The notes beneath the pieces are model-generated. The model ran no database searches and was not told the origin of the DNA. It saw nothing but the letters and a program-made list of their open reading frames with translations. From a virus (lineage: Duplodnaviria > Caudoviricetes), in the IMG/VR virus record IMGVR_UViG_3300033148_003991, positions 1 to 52,577 of that record: 52,577 bases of DNA. One strand, 5' to 3'. Below, in pieces: positions 1 through 8,664 of the stretch; within the stretch, counting starts at the first letter, position 1; each line of letters begins with the position of its first letter. The position numbers and the translations under genes are program-made.

Positions 1-73
1 CTTGCTGTAGGCGTGTGTGGCGACGGTCCAGACGGAGCGGCGGTTGCGGCCGGAGGCGATCGCGCCATCCCCA
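1..73. repeat. Terminal direct repeat (circular assembly overlap), copy 1
   Basis: Bases 1-73 are identical to 52505-52577, and the methyltransferase ORF continues in frame across the join. Confidence 0.95.
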
Positions 74-720
74 TGTGTGTCTTTATCTGCCGGAGCGGCG
101 TTGTCGTAGCTCCTGCTGCCGGTATATACCCCGCCATCCCGGAAAGACTTGGCCCGCCGCGTCGGCTCGTCAGCGCACTCCCGCACCGCCTCCGCATCAT
201 AGTAATACTTCGCCCGCTTGGTCAGCAGGAAGATATACTCGTGGGCCTTCGTACAGCGGTCGGTGCAGCTCTCGGGCATGGGGTTCGGCTTGGCCCATAT
301 GATGTCCTGGCGTAGCCACCACCCGTCACTTTGCAGCGCCAACGCCAGCCGCCAGGGCATGCCGCAGAGGTCCTTCGGCTTGAGGCCGGGAGCGTTGCAG
401 CCCGAACGGCCGGGTGCATTCTCTGGCTTGCTCATCCCATGTTTGCCCCCAGCCCACCCGCCTTCCCTGCCAGCGTTGTACGTATCACCCATATTCAGCC
501 ACAGCGTCCCGTCATCCCGCATAACCCGCCAGACCGCGCGGAACACCTCGACCATCTTGGCGATGTACTCGTCGGGAGTCGGCTCCAGGCCGAGCTGTCC
601 TTCGACGCCGTAGTCGCGCAGGCCCCAGTACGGCGGGGAAGTCACCACGCACTGCACCGTTCCATCGGGGATGTCGGCTATACGGTCGAACACGTCGCCA
701 ACAAGTATCGTGTTACGCAC
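1..720 (-). CDS. DNA amino-methyltransferase (N4-C/N6-A, beta class), 5' part; continues at 52504-51974
   Basis: Manual translation from GTG at 720: MRNTILVGDVFDRIADIPDGTVQCVVTSPPYWGLRDY...WLRQDIIWAKPNPMPES...HEYIFLL. Contains the SPPY catalytic motif IV. The ORF track misses it because it crosses the contig end. Confidence 0.93.
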   Translation of the reverse strand, partial: MRNTILVGDVFDRIADIPDGTVQCVVTSPPYWGLRDYGVEGQLGLEPTPDEYIAKMVEVFRAVWRVMRDDGTLWLNMGDTYNAGREGGWAGGKHGMSKPENAPGRSGCNAPGLKPKDLCGMPWRLALALQSDGWWLRQDIIWAKPNPMPESCTDRCTKAHEYIFLLTKRAKYYYDAEAVRECADEPTRRAKSFRDGGVYTGSRSYDNAAPADKDTHGDGAIASGRNRRSVWTVATHAYSK

Positions 721-904
721 TCTCCACCGCCGCCTTCCAGGCCAGCGCGTGCTTACGCCACGGCGTGCTGTCCAGTTTTTTGTCTAGTGCGTCATAGACC
801 TCACGGTAAACCCTCAACTGGTCCTCGGTCAGCCAGTCCTGCGCGCCCGGCCTCTTCGGGTCCAGCTTTGTCGTGGGGGCCTTGCCCCAGGGACGCCAGG
901 TCAT
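713..904 (-). CDS. Hypothetical protein
   Basis: ATGA-coupled to the upstream gene, and its stop overlaps the methyltransferase start region. Confidence 0.55.
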   Translation of the reverse strand: MTWRPWGKAPTTKLDPKRPGAQDWLTEDQLRVYREVYDALDKKLDSTPWRKHALAWKAAVESA

Positions 905-1125
905 CGCTGTAACTCCATTGCGGCCTTCCAGGCAGCCTTCATCTTCGCGTCGTGGTCTTCCCAAGCCTTCAGCCTCGCCCGCAGCCGCTCTATCTCCTTG
1001 GCCGCGCGGTCACAGACGTTGACGCCGCCACGCTGGGGCGGGGGGACATAACCAAGCTCGTGGGATAGGCCCCGCAGTTCGTCAACGATGTCTTTGGGTT
1101 CGGTCACGGCTTCTCTCCTGTCCAC
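901..1125 (-). CDS. Hypothetical protein, paralog of 1104-1376
   Basis: TEPKDIVDELR...VCDRAAKEIERLRA versus SEPEDIIEELR...VCERAADEIERLRA. The true start is probably GTG at 1107. Confidence 0.65.
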   Translation of the reverse strand: MDRREAVTEPKDIVDELRGLSHELGYVPPPQRGGVNVCDRAAKEIERLRARLKAWEDHDAKMKAAWKAAMELQR

Positions 1126-1376
1126 TTTATCCAGCCCGTCTCTGCCTTTGCTGTCCGTAGCTGAATGTCAAGGTCAGTCACCTCACGCTTTAGGCTCGCC
1201 ACCACGTCACAGTGCTTTTCGCACACGCCCAGTTCGCTGTCGTGGCAGGCCCGGAGCCGCTCTATCTCGTCGGCGGCGCGTTCGCACACCGAGCGGATTT
1301 CCATGCAGCGCACGCCATCGACGGCCAAGGGCCCCAGGAAGCGCAGTTCTTCAATGATGTCTTCAGGTTCGCTCAT
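1104..1376 (-). CDS. Hypothetical protein, paralog of 901-1125
   Basis: Shares the DI..ELR and C.RAA.EIERLRA motifs; coupled stop/start. Confidence 0.7.
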   Translation of the reverse strand: MSEPEDIIEELRFLGPLAVDGVRCMEIRSVCERAADEIERLRACHDSELGVCEKHCDVVASLKREVTDLDIQLRTAKAETGWIKWTGEKP

Positions 1377-1531
1377 GCCTTCTTCTCCTTGCCCGACACG
1401 ACCCGCTCACAGACCGTGCATCGCCACTGTTCCGGCACGGGCGGTTTCGGGGGGATTCGGTTGAAGACCCGCATCTGAGCGCCGTGTTGCTCGTCCTGAA
1501 ACTTGTGGTCGCAGGTGCATTTAAGGATCAT
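1373..1531 (-). CDS. Small Zn-binding protein (52 aa)
   Basis: Manual translation: MILKCTCDHKFQDEQHGAQMRVFNRIPPKPPVPEQWRCTVCERVVSGKEKKA. ATGA overlaps at both ends. Confidence 0.65.
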   Translation of the reverse strand: MILKCTCDHKFQDEQHGAQMRVFNRIPPKPPVPEQWRCTVCERVVSGKEKKA

Positions 1532-2130
1532 GGGTTGGTCTCCTTGCGTCTCATGTCTTTCTCGCCTGTATATAAAATCACGCCGTCCTGGAGCCGAGAG
1601 GCGACCCGGGGGTCAAGTTCCTTGGCTAACTGGTCCGGGGATAGATTCGAGGTGATGATGGTCTTGTTGTCCGCTTCGTAGCGGCTTATGAGTAATTTCG
1701 CCATCCGAAGACGAACATAGTCTGTGTTTGGCTGAAAGCCCAAATCGTCAATCACAAGATACGGATATCGCTCAAACCGCTTCGCGGCCACCTGCCAATC
1801 CTCCCACCGCTGCATCAGCCCCCCAAGGTTATCAGCAGCAATCCAGCAGCCGCCGAGATTGCCGGGGAGCATCTCAAGCTCGCTCATACGCGCAATCTCT
1901 AGCCGCTTGCGGTAGCCCATCAGCAACGCAGCTGCGAAGCAACTCTTTCCGGTCCCGACGCCGCCGTGAAGATATAGGCTCCAGGGTGCGGGCTTAGAAC
2001 GTAGCGTCTCCCGCCACGCCGGGGGAAACTCCGTCGTCACCCACTGGCAGAACTTCCCCGGCGGGTCGCCCGGTCGCGTCGCCGACGTCGATCCCGTGGT
2101 CGAATTGTCCCGTGGTTCCATGTCCTTCAT
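1528..2130 (-). CDS. DnaC/IstB-like AAA+ helicase loader
   Basis: Walker A HGGVGTGKS, Walker B LVIDDLG, TIITSNL and RVASRL motifs. Lies directly downstream of the initiator. Start uncertain (frame open to 2178). Confidence 0.88.
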   Translation of the reverse strand: MKDMEPRDNSTTGSTSATRPGDPPGKFCQWVTTEFPPAWRETLRSKPAPWSLYLHGGVGTGKSCFAAALLMGYRKRLEIARMSELEMLPGNLGGCWIAADNLGGLMQRWEDWQVAAKRFERYPYLVIDDLGFQPNTDYVRLRMAKLLISRYEADNKTIITSNLSPDQLAKELDPRVASRLQDGVILYTGEKDMRRKETNP

Positions 2131-3016
2131 CCTTAGCCTTGTACTGCCCTTCGAGGACCTTGATGTAATTCTCTTCACGCTCTATCAGCCAGCCGAATGA
2201 ACACGCCCAGCCACGCTCGCTCGTCTCTCCGCGCAGAAACGGACTCTTCACGACGCGCATGAATATCTGACCGTAGCGCTCCCTGAATAACGGCTCTTTC
2301 CATCGAGCACCGAGATGGACTTTCCGGGGCTTGGTCATCCGAAGAACAGGCGACAACCTCGGCCAAGCCTCCGTTGTAATGTTCCAAGCGTCTGCGATTT
2401 CTTTGAACGGCACGCTTATTTCAGCGGGTGTTGTCTTATCTTCTTGTTGTTCTTTACTTCTTGTATGTGGGGGAGTGGTGGGGCTGTCGTGGGGGAGTGG
2501 TGGGGCTGTCGTGGGGTTCTCGCTGCGCTCTTTGGGAATGTCAGGGCCGTAAGGTGTGGAATTGTCTGCGCTTCCGGGATGGGGCGGGCGTGTGGCGAAA
2601 AGGCTGTTTCCTTGCGCGCCGGGCGCGACGGAAGGGTCGTTTGGTTCCGATCTCGCGGGGCCAGCGTGGCGCTCTTTGGAAGTGTCAGCCTGATAACGCT
2701 CCCAATTAACTACGGTTATGATGCTGCATCGGCGTGTGGCGTCAAGTACCTTTGTGATGCATCCCAGCGCGACGAGTAGGTCTATTCCCTTCCGTATGGT
2801 CCATTCACTCCATGTGGTGTCTTCCTGGGCCTTGACGCGCCCGAAGACGAACTGCCCGGGCTTGAGGTCACGCACCACGCAGCCTATGACGGCCTGAGTA
2901 GGGTTGTGCGCGGCTTTCAGTAAGCAATACGCCCACATGGCAACCGCCTCGTGGGAGACCCACATCGGATGCTCCAGGAGTTGCCTGTGCAGTTTGACCC
3001 ACCCGCCCGCCATCAC
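1994..3016 (-). CDS. Phage replication initiator (lambda O / replisome-organizer type)
   Basis: N-terminal GWVKLHRQL winged-helix domain, low-complexity linker with iterons, C-terminal GW..SFGWLI...YIKVLEGQY domain. Next to the DnaC-like gene. Confidence 0.82.
   Translation of the reverse strand: MMAGGWVKLHRQLLEHPMWVSHEAVAMWAYCLLKAAHNPTQAVIGCVVRDLKPGQFVFGRVKAQEDTTWSEWTIRKGIDLLVALGCITKVLDATRRCSIITVVNWERYQADTSKERHAGPARSEPNDPSVAPGAQGNSLFATRPPHPGSADNSTPYGPDIPKERSENPTTAPPLPHDSPTTPPHTRSKEQQEDKTTPAEISVPFKEIADAWNITTEAWPRLSPVLRMTKPRKVHLGARWKEPLFRERYGQIFMRVVKSPFLRGETSERGWACSFGWLIEREENYIKVLEGQYKAKDEGHGTTGQFDHGIDVGDATGRPAGEVLPVGDDGVSPGVAGDATF
2435..2516. repeat. Putative replication origin: iterons plus an AT-rich tract inside the initiator gene
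   Basis: The 22-bp unit GTGGGGGAGTGGTGGGGCTGTC occurs at 2467-2488 and 2489-2510, plus a partial third copy. The GTGGGG core recurs every 11 bp. A T-rich tract lies at 2435-2466. Confidence 0.65.
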
Positions 3017-3273
3017 CCCTCCTCATCGAGCAGCATCGGCTTCGTCCGTAGGTAGGCGTCGCGGCTTTCCAAGGCCGCCTGGTCGAGAACTTCAACGGGA
3101 GTCTTCAATAAGTCTCGTGTGTAAACGTACTCCCAGGCCGCCCTGGCGTCTTCTGGTGTCTCGCAGAACTTGATTGAGGTCGCGTGGGGGTACCAGGGGG
3201 CCTCTGAGTCGTCCCACAGTATCCAATCCCATCGACCCTTGCGTATCTCGCGGATTTGGACTATCATGCTCAC
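3013..3273 (-). CDS. Hypothetical Trp-rich protein
   Basis: Coupled ORF with a WDWILW...TPEDARAA motif. Confidence 0.6.
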   Translation of the reverse strand: MSMIVQIREIRKGRWDWILWDDSEAPWYPHATSIKFCETPEDARAAWEYVYTRDLLKTPVEVLDQAALESRDAYLRTKPMLLDEEG

Positions 3274-3650
3274 ACCACCTTGGTTATAACCTTATATGGG
3301 GGTACCTTTTCTGGGATTATCCGCGGATTGTGTATCCGATACCACCAATGCCGGGCCGTCTCGCGGGCTTGCTGCCGGGTCGCGCGCTTGGCCAGCGTCT
3401 CGTACTCACCACACTCAAACTCCTGTAAAAGCCACAGCGTTGTTCGCTCCTTTACGCAGACTTTTTTGATGCTGGTTACCAGCGACGCGTACTTGAACTT
3501 GAAGTGTTTCCTGGCCTCGCGGGCCGCTTGACGGGCTTCTCGCCGGGTCTTGTGGAATCCCTGCCCGAGTTCGCGCTGGAATGGCAGTAGCCACCAATGC
3601 CCGCCGCCGTACCCGCCGAAGACGATCCACCAATGCTCTCGCTGTTTCAT
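3270..3650 (-). CDS. Hypothetical protein with two TRxxAR repeats
   Basis: ATG at 3650 overlaps the upstream stop; TRREARQAA and TRQQARETA. Confidence 0.65.
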   Translation of the reverse strand: MKQREHWWIVFGGYGGGHWWLLPFQRELGQGFHKTRREARQAAREARKHFKFKYASLVTSIKKVCVKERTTLWLLQEFECGEYETLAKRATRQQARETARHWWYRIHNPRIIPEKVPPYKVITKVV

Positions 3651-3829
3651 ATCGCACCGACCTTTACCGGGCGAAAGTGCCCTTGGGAGTATTTCTGCTT
3701 GTACCACTTCGCGTCCATCCGGGCCTTCTTGCGGGTTCGGTGAATACGGGGGCGATATCTTATCAGCCGCCACCGTCGCTCTTGGTTGTCCCACCCTTCG
3801 ATCATCCACCACCATTCTTGCTCTTTCAT
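3647..3829 (-). CDS. Hypothetical protein, TRxxAR family
   Basis: MKEQEWWWMIEGW...TRKKARMDAK; ATGA coupling. Confidence 0.65.
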   Translation of the reverse strand: MKEQEWWWMIEGWDNQERRWRLIRYRPRIHRTRKKARMDAKWYKQKYSQGHFRPVKVGAI

Positions 3830-4014
3830 TCCAGCACCACCTTCTTGATGCGGGTTTTCATGTAGGTATATTTCTGCTTGTGCTCGCGGGCGCATTGGCG
3901 GGCTTGTTTCCGGGTGAACCACAGGCGCGGTTCGCCGATGGGCAGAATCCACCCAATCTCGCCCCAAGACGGCCTGTACCAGCCGTACGCTGTCCAATAC
4001 GTGTTCGGTTTCAT
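3826..4014 (-). CDS. Hypothetical protein, TRxxAR family
   Basis: YWTAYGW...TRKQARQCAR...IKKV. Confidence 0.65.
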   Translation of the reverse strand: MKPNTYWTAYGWYRPSWGEIGWILPIGEPRLWFTRKQARQCAREHKQKYTYMKTRIKKVVLE

Positions 4015-4155
4015 CTCTTCTCCTCTAGGGCCTTCAGGCGGGCCTCTACCCTTTGGAACTTGGTAACAATGGCGTCAAAGACGGTTTCCGCTACTTGGTG
4101 TGTGCGATGCAGGGCATCTAGCTTTGCCTCTATGTCGTCGAGGCGCCGGTCAGGC

Positions 4156-4698
4156 TTAGCTACCATCTTCTATCTCCTTCGGGTAATGGTCCGCGAACGT
4201 CACGGCCACGGCCAAGGCGCTCCATAGGTGCTTCGACACGCCGTACAGGGGGCCTGGCTGCTTCTTTGTCCCTACGGAAGGGGTTTTGCCCCCACCTGTC
4301 TGCGGAAAGCGGTCTCGGAGGGCCTGGGAGATGTTGGAGTCCTTGGCCGTGTTGTTCTTGCAGAGATGCATGCAGATGGACGGCACCACAACTGGCCGGC
4401 CCCGAAGCGGTAGAATGGTCTTTCGCTTGCGGTATATCTGGTAGGCCAAGCCCGGCCAGGCCTGCATGAACCGCCCGATCCAAACGCACGTCTCGAAAGT
4501 GCTTGCGCCCACAGACATCCCGTAGGAGGCAACCATCTCTACCACCATTGGATAGTTGACATAACCCTCCCTGGCAAGCTCCTTGCACACCTCGGCGTTG
4601 GGAGTCCCGTCGTATTTGCCGACGATCCGCTGGTCGGCAGCATTATAGAGGAGCCACGCACTCTTCTCCGGCCCGGGGTCAATCGCGAATACTAACAT
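4156..4698 (-). CDS. RuvC-like Holliday junction resolvase
   Basis: N-terminal AIDPG, VVEMVASYG, C-terminal HLWSALAVA. Confidence 0.75.
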   Translation of the reverse strand: MLVFAIDPGPEKSAWLLYNAADQRIVGKYDGTPNAEVCKELAREGYVNYPMVVEMVASYGMSVGASTFETCVWIGRFMQAWPGLAYQIYRKRKTILPLRGRPVVVPSICMHLCKNNTAKDSNISQALRDRFPQTGGGKTPSVGTKKQPGPLYGVSKHLWSALAVAVTFADHYPKEIEDGS

Positions 4699-5020
4699 CG
4701 TGCATTCCTTTCCTTGCTCGCATGATCCAGTCGAATTGCTCGTCCGGGAGCGCCCCTTCCATCCACTTGATGGCTCTCAGGGGGTAGGCGTGGACGAACT
4801 TATGACATGCACGACATAACCAAATCCCGTTATGCTCATGCCACCGCACCGCTTCCGTTCGACCTGCCGGGTGGTGATGATCTATCCCCCGCCCCAAACA
4901 TCGCTGACAATTCCCGTTAGCTCGCCCCCAGCATTGCCGGCGCGCCTCGGCGTCCTTCTCATTCAGCCGCTCATACCGTCGGCCGCGTGGTTTAAGTCTG
5001 CTCCGCTTCATCCTCGGCAT
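4679..5020 (-). CDS. HNH endonuclease
   Basis: CQRC...DHHH...HN...LCRACHKFVH. Confidence 0.8.
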   Translation of the reverse strand: MPRMKRSRLKPRGRRYERLNEKDAEARRQCWGRANGNCQRCLGRGIDHHHPAGRTEAVRWHEHNGIWLCRACHKFVHAYPLRAIKWMEGALPDEQFDWIMRARKGMHDVSIRD

Positions 5021-5402
5021 CCTTGCCTGCCGCCTCGGCGGCTTCCTTGGTAGAGTAACATCGGGCCGCAAGCACCCAGGGTACCAGCGCGTTCTGGGCA
5101 AACATGATCCGGGCGTGCTCGCCCCAGCAATGAATCCCAATTACGGTATCCCCCAGGAGCACAGGGTGCCCGTGTGCGCCTCGACGGGCCATGGGGACCG
5201 ACCCAGGCAACTTCCTGAACCACACCACCATGCCCGGCACAATCGGCGCGCCAGTGTCGGCATACTTCGGCAGCTTGTCCACGATCGCCTCCAGCCGGGC
5301 GTTCTCGGCCTCAAGCTCTTCAACCTCGTGCTGTCTGTCGTTGCGGCCAGCGTCGCGCCCGGCGAGCATTTCCGCCGAGGGGGTCATCCAGTCGATTGTC
5401 AT
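4992..5402 (-). CDS. Hypothetical protein
   Basis: Coupled ORF with a LEAENARL coiled coil and a CYSTKEAA C-terminus typical of phage accessory proteins. Confidence 0.65.
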   Translation of the reverse strand: MTIDWMTPSAEMLAGRDAGRNDRQHEVEELEAENARLEAIVDKLPKYADTGAPIVPGMVVWFRKLPGSVPMARRGAHGHPVLLGDTVIGIHCWGEHARIMFAQNALVPWVLAARCYSTKEAAEAAGKDAEDEAEQT

Positions 5403-5650
5403 TTCTTCTCCCTTGCCGCCTCGGCGGCTTCCTGGAGCAGCGTCTTAAGGTCTGCCATGTAATTGCCCCAATTTAACCAATAGCCTTTACTCGACCATAC
5501 GGCCCCACTCGCAACTGTCTCCGCCTTGTTCGCGATAGTCTTCAATCGCTTGTACTCTCCGAGCAGCCAGCGCACGCATTTATTGTCCGTCATCAGGTTT
5601 CGGGCAAGGTTGTCTTCGATTTCTTCGATGCTGGGGGTCAGGTCATTCAT
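5399..5650 (-). CDS. Hypothetical protein
   Basis: ATGA-coupled ORF. Confidence 0.6.
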   Translation of the reverse strand: MNDLTPSIEEIEDNLARNLMTDNKCVRWLLGEYKRLKTIANKAETVASGAVWSSKGYWLNWGNYMADLKTLLQEAAEAAREKK

Positions 5651-6186
5651 TTCTTCTCCATCACGCGCTTCACCTTCCACCAGTAATTCAGGGTTGACTG
5701 CTTACGATGACCTCTGGGACCGCCGTTGTGCATCCGTGCCCTAGCCTCTCCCGTCCCTGCCTTCCAGCGATCCCAGTAGGCCACCATTACGTCCTCACAG
5801 CGCCCACGATTCCAAACAAATGTCTCGTAATCCCAATCCACGCCAAGATGCTCGCAAGCCTCTTGCCAATAGGGCTTTGTTATTTGGTAGGGCCCGAGCG
5901 AAAGCCCCCCGTCTCCCACGGCGTTATCGTTCCCGCCCGATTCGACCTGTCTGATTGCCGCGAACAACTGCCTGGTAGTAAATCGCGGGGCGGGTGCAGG
6001 CGGAGGGAGTTCCTGCACCACGCCACCGCGAGAGGCCGGAAAGGAGGGAAACGGCCTCGTTGTGGCCACCTCGGGTAGGGGGGGACCCGGAGCGGCCGGG
6101 CCTGGGTACACGAGACCCCAAGCCAGCGCAACGGACAATGCCAAAAGGGGTAAAAAGAGCGTCAGAAAGTCGTGTAACTGTTTCAT
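5647..6186 (-). CDS. Membrane-anchored lysozyme-superfamily protein (i-type/destabilase-like)
   Basis: N-terminal hydrophobic helix, Pro-rich linker, then AIRQVESGG...GPYQITKPYW...ARMHNGGPRG. Confidence 0.78.
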   Translation of the reverse strand: MKQLHDFLTLFLPLLALSVALAWGLVYPGPAAPGPPLPEVATTRPFPSFPASRGGVVQELPPPAPAPRFTTRQLFAAIRQVESGGNDNAVGDGGLSLGPYQITKPYWQEACEHLGVDWDYETFVWNRGRCEDVMVAYWDRWKAGTGEARARMHNGGPRGHRKQSTLNYWWKVKRVMEKK

Positions 6187-6605
6187 GCCATGGCCTTCCG
6201 GTAGGCGCGCTTGGTGAGTTCGACCTGCGTAAAAACCGCAGTGGTTTTACACGTGCCTGCTTCCGTCCCGGCGCCAACAAGATGCTTCAGGCGACATTTG
6301 GTGGGCACTACATGCTCATCGTATCGAGGGTTCGCGCAAGCCTCTGCGTCAGCCCGGTGGAGGTAGACATGGTACCCGTGGAATATCTTGCCCGAATCCT
6401 GCTCGTGTGGCGCCAGGGCTTTGCCGTCACGGCCGGAAACTTGGACGCCAGGCCTCCAACTGTGATAATGACAGATGCTAGTGAGCCAACTAATCCGCCG
6501 TTTCAGCACCTTCCACGCGGTAATCCACCCGCGTTTCTTCAGTCTCTTCCGCAGTTCCTTCGTTGCTTTCGGGTCATGTACTTGGCACACGCTAGGCTCC
6601 TTCAT
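6183..6605 (-). CDS. Hypothetical protein
   Basis: 140-aa ORF whose ATG abuts the 3' end of the tRNA-like element. Confidence 0.65.
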   Translation of the reverse strand: MKEPSVCQVHDPKATKELRKRLKKRGWITAWKVLKRRISWLTSICHYHSWRPGVQVSGRDGKALAPHEQDSGKIFHGYHVYLHRADAEACANPRYDEHVVPTKCRLKHLVGAGTEAGTCKTTAVFTQVELTKRAYRKAMA

Positions 6606-6685
6606 AGGCCCCGGCGGGGTTCGAACCCGCGACCTTTTGGTAGTTTACACCTTTGCTCTTCCAACGATCTCTGAGCTACGGGGCC
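6606..6685 (-). ncRNA. tRNA-like RNA with a degenerate anticodon arm
   Basis: Acceptor GGCCCCG/CGGGGCC, D stem GCTC/GAGC with a 14-nt loop, T arm GCGGG-TTCGAAC-CCCGC. The anticodon stem is only GGT/ACC. Confidence 0.75.
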
Positions 6686-6744
6686 ATCCCCCCGGGTACG
6701 CCCCGGGAGGGTTTATCGCGGCCTGTGTGCGAGCCGCGACAGGG

Positions 6745-7146
6745 TCAGAACGGGATGTCGTCCGGGTGGTCAGGGTCGTACTCCTCGACCGGGACACCGT
6801 CAACCACCTCTAGGGGGCCGGAAGCAGGTTGTGGCACAGGCCCGCCCGGCCGGATGCGGATGCAGTCCACGATCTTGCCCTGGAAGTCCGTCTGCGTGGG
6901 GAAGAGCGTGATCGGCTTGCCGGTCCAGGCGTCGGTGTTCGCCCCGCCCATGATCCCGATGATGGTATTGGCGTTCGTCTTGTTGAGCACCAAGCCCTTC
7001 TCTTTGCCCTTAAAGTAGACGACGGGCAGTTCGTCGCCGTTCTGCATCTTCTCCTTCTGGACCAAGTTGACAATTGCGGTAACGTCCTTACCCTGAAGGT
7101 CTGCTGCCTTCACATACTTACTTGGAAATGCTGCGTTCATGTCCAT
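6745..7146 (-). CDS. Single-stranded DNA-binding-like protein
   Basis: FPSKYVKAADL...LVLNKTNA...W.GK.ITL, with an acidic DDIPF C-terminus. Confidence 0.7.
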   Translation of the reverse strand: MDMNAAFPSKYVKAADLQGKDVTAIVNLVQKEKMQNGDELPVVYFKGKEKGLVLNKTNANTIIGIMGGANTDAWTGKPITLFPTQTDFQGKIVDCIRIRPGGPVPQPASGPLEVVDGVPVEEYDPDHPDDIPF

Positions 7147-7357
7147 GATTCGTTCCTTGTTGAGTGTTAGAGGATAGTAAGTCTACGCTGGGTTTGGTTC
7201 AGTGGCATTCTCCTTTACAGCCAACTCTATAATGTCGGTGGCGTCTAGTTCAGGAAGCCGACAATGATCGGATGCGTAGGCAATAGTACTGGTGATGCGA
7301 CAACGCGAATTCGGACCGGGGTGCCAAAACGGACAAACGCGACAAGCAGAGATAACT

Positions 7358-7909
7358 TTACTCATCATCCTTCTCCTTCGGCCCCCTGTAGTAGAACTCG
7401 TCACCGGCGGTTCGCCAGAGCGTTCGCGGCACCAATTCACCCTTGACCCGCATGGCGATCAGAGGCTCCTTCAGCAACGAATCTTTCGGGGCCGGGGTCG
7501 AAGTCACTACCGCTGCGGGGCAATGTCGCCGTGCCCAACCCAGAAGTTCCGCCTCGTCCTCCTTCGCCCAACTGATACTGTCGGCCTTGTGTCTAAAGCC
7601 CACTGTCCCGTAGGGCGTGTTGACCGACTTTTTCTTCTTCCCCTTCAGGTAGTTCTCCAGAACGTTCGCGGCGTCACCGTCGCGCCACTTGTGCAGGCCC
7701 GCCAACTGCTTCTCAAGCTGCTCGATGCGCTTCGCGGCGAACTGCTTCACTGTTGCGATTTCGTGCTCGACCCTCGACAGCATCCGGGCGTAGGCCGAGA
7801 GATATACCATCTCCGCGTCCATCCCGCATGCCTTCAGGTCTACTCCGATACTCTCGAAGTCCCTCTCCATCGCCGCGATGAAGGGGTCAACTGTTTCTAC
7901 GGTTGTCAT
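7358..7909 (-). CDS. Mu Gam-like / Gp157-like host nuclease inhibitor
   Basis: Coiled coil followed by KKKSVNTPYGTVGFR. Confidence 0.72.
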   Translation of the reverse strand: MTTVETVDPFIAAMERDFESIGVDLKACGMDAEMVYLSAYARMLSRVEHEIATVKQFAAKRIEQLEKQLAGLHKWRDGDAANVLENYLKGKKKKSVNTPYGTVGFRHKADSISWAKEDEAELLGWARRHCPAAVVTSTPAPKDSLLKEPLIAMRVKGELVPRTLWRTAGDEFYYRGPKEKDDE

Positions 7910-8212
7910 CTTTCATCCTTTCCGGGTTGGCGGCCAGCCAGTCCTCGAATACCAGGTCCGACTGCTCCGCCGCCCACTGCTGTAGGTCACGCTTCTCGTC
8001 GTCGCGTAGCTTGTCTTCTTGTTGTGAGTCAGTCATCATTCTTGTCCTTCCAGTAGCCACAGCGGCCATACTCCGAGATGTCTGTGTCAGTCTTGAGGTT
8101 TGTCGCCAAAGGTTTGTGGTAGCACTTGCTGTAGCCAAAGCCCAAATTGTATCTGTACCACTTGCAATCAAGGCAGCGCTCGTCGGGCTCTGGGTCATAG
8201 AGGACTTCGTGC

Positions 8213-8506
8213 TTACTCACCGTAAAGCTCCTGTCTGGCCTTGTTGGCGGCCGCCTTGAGGCCGCAATGCACATCACCATTGATCCAGCCACCGTGCTCC
8301 CCGTCATAAATGGCCCGCTCGGTTACATACAACAGGTCTGCCAGCTGGCCCGGCAGCCGTTCCGCCGTCTTGCGCCGTTCAGTGGCCTCGATCATCATAA
8401 ATCCCAGGTGGGCAAGGGCATTGTCAATAGTACCGGTGAATGTGAAGTCGCCGCCCGCGACGGTAACATGGTTGCCCACAACTGTTACGGTAGCTCTGTT
8501 ACTCAC
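8213..8506 (-). CDS. Hypothetical protein
   Basis: Ends ARQELYGE, like 8665-8892. Confidence 0.55.
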   Translation of the reverse strand: MSNRATVTVVGNHVTVAGGDFTFTGTIDNALAHLGFMMIEATERRKTAERLPGQLADLLYVTERAIYDGEHGGWINGDVHCGLKAAANKARQELYGE

Positions 8507-8664
8507 CGGAGTTCTCCTTCTTCAGGTAACACCACAAGTTCCACAGTAATGCGCGGACTTCGTGTCTCTTGAAATTAAGCTGGCCCATCTCGGCCGCAGG
8601 CTCATCTTTGCCTGGTGGCATAAAACCAGTCGTCGCCAAGAAAGCATCACAGTCGTTCTCAATA

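Noticed and set aside
1-73. Physical terminal repeat of the virion DNA
   Set aside because: It falls in the middle of a gene and is k-mer sized, so an assembler circularisation overlap explains it best.
1373-1531. Suspected frameshift at the G6 run (1449-1454)
   Set aside because: Recounting shows the 52-aa ORF is intact. It is only below the ORF-track length cutoff.
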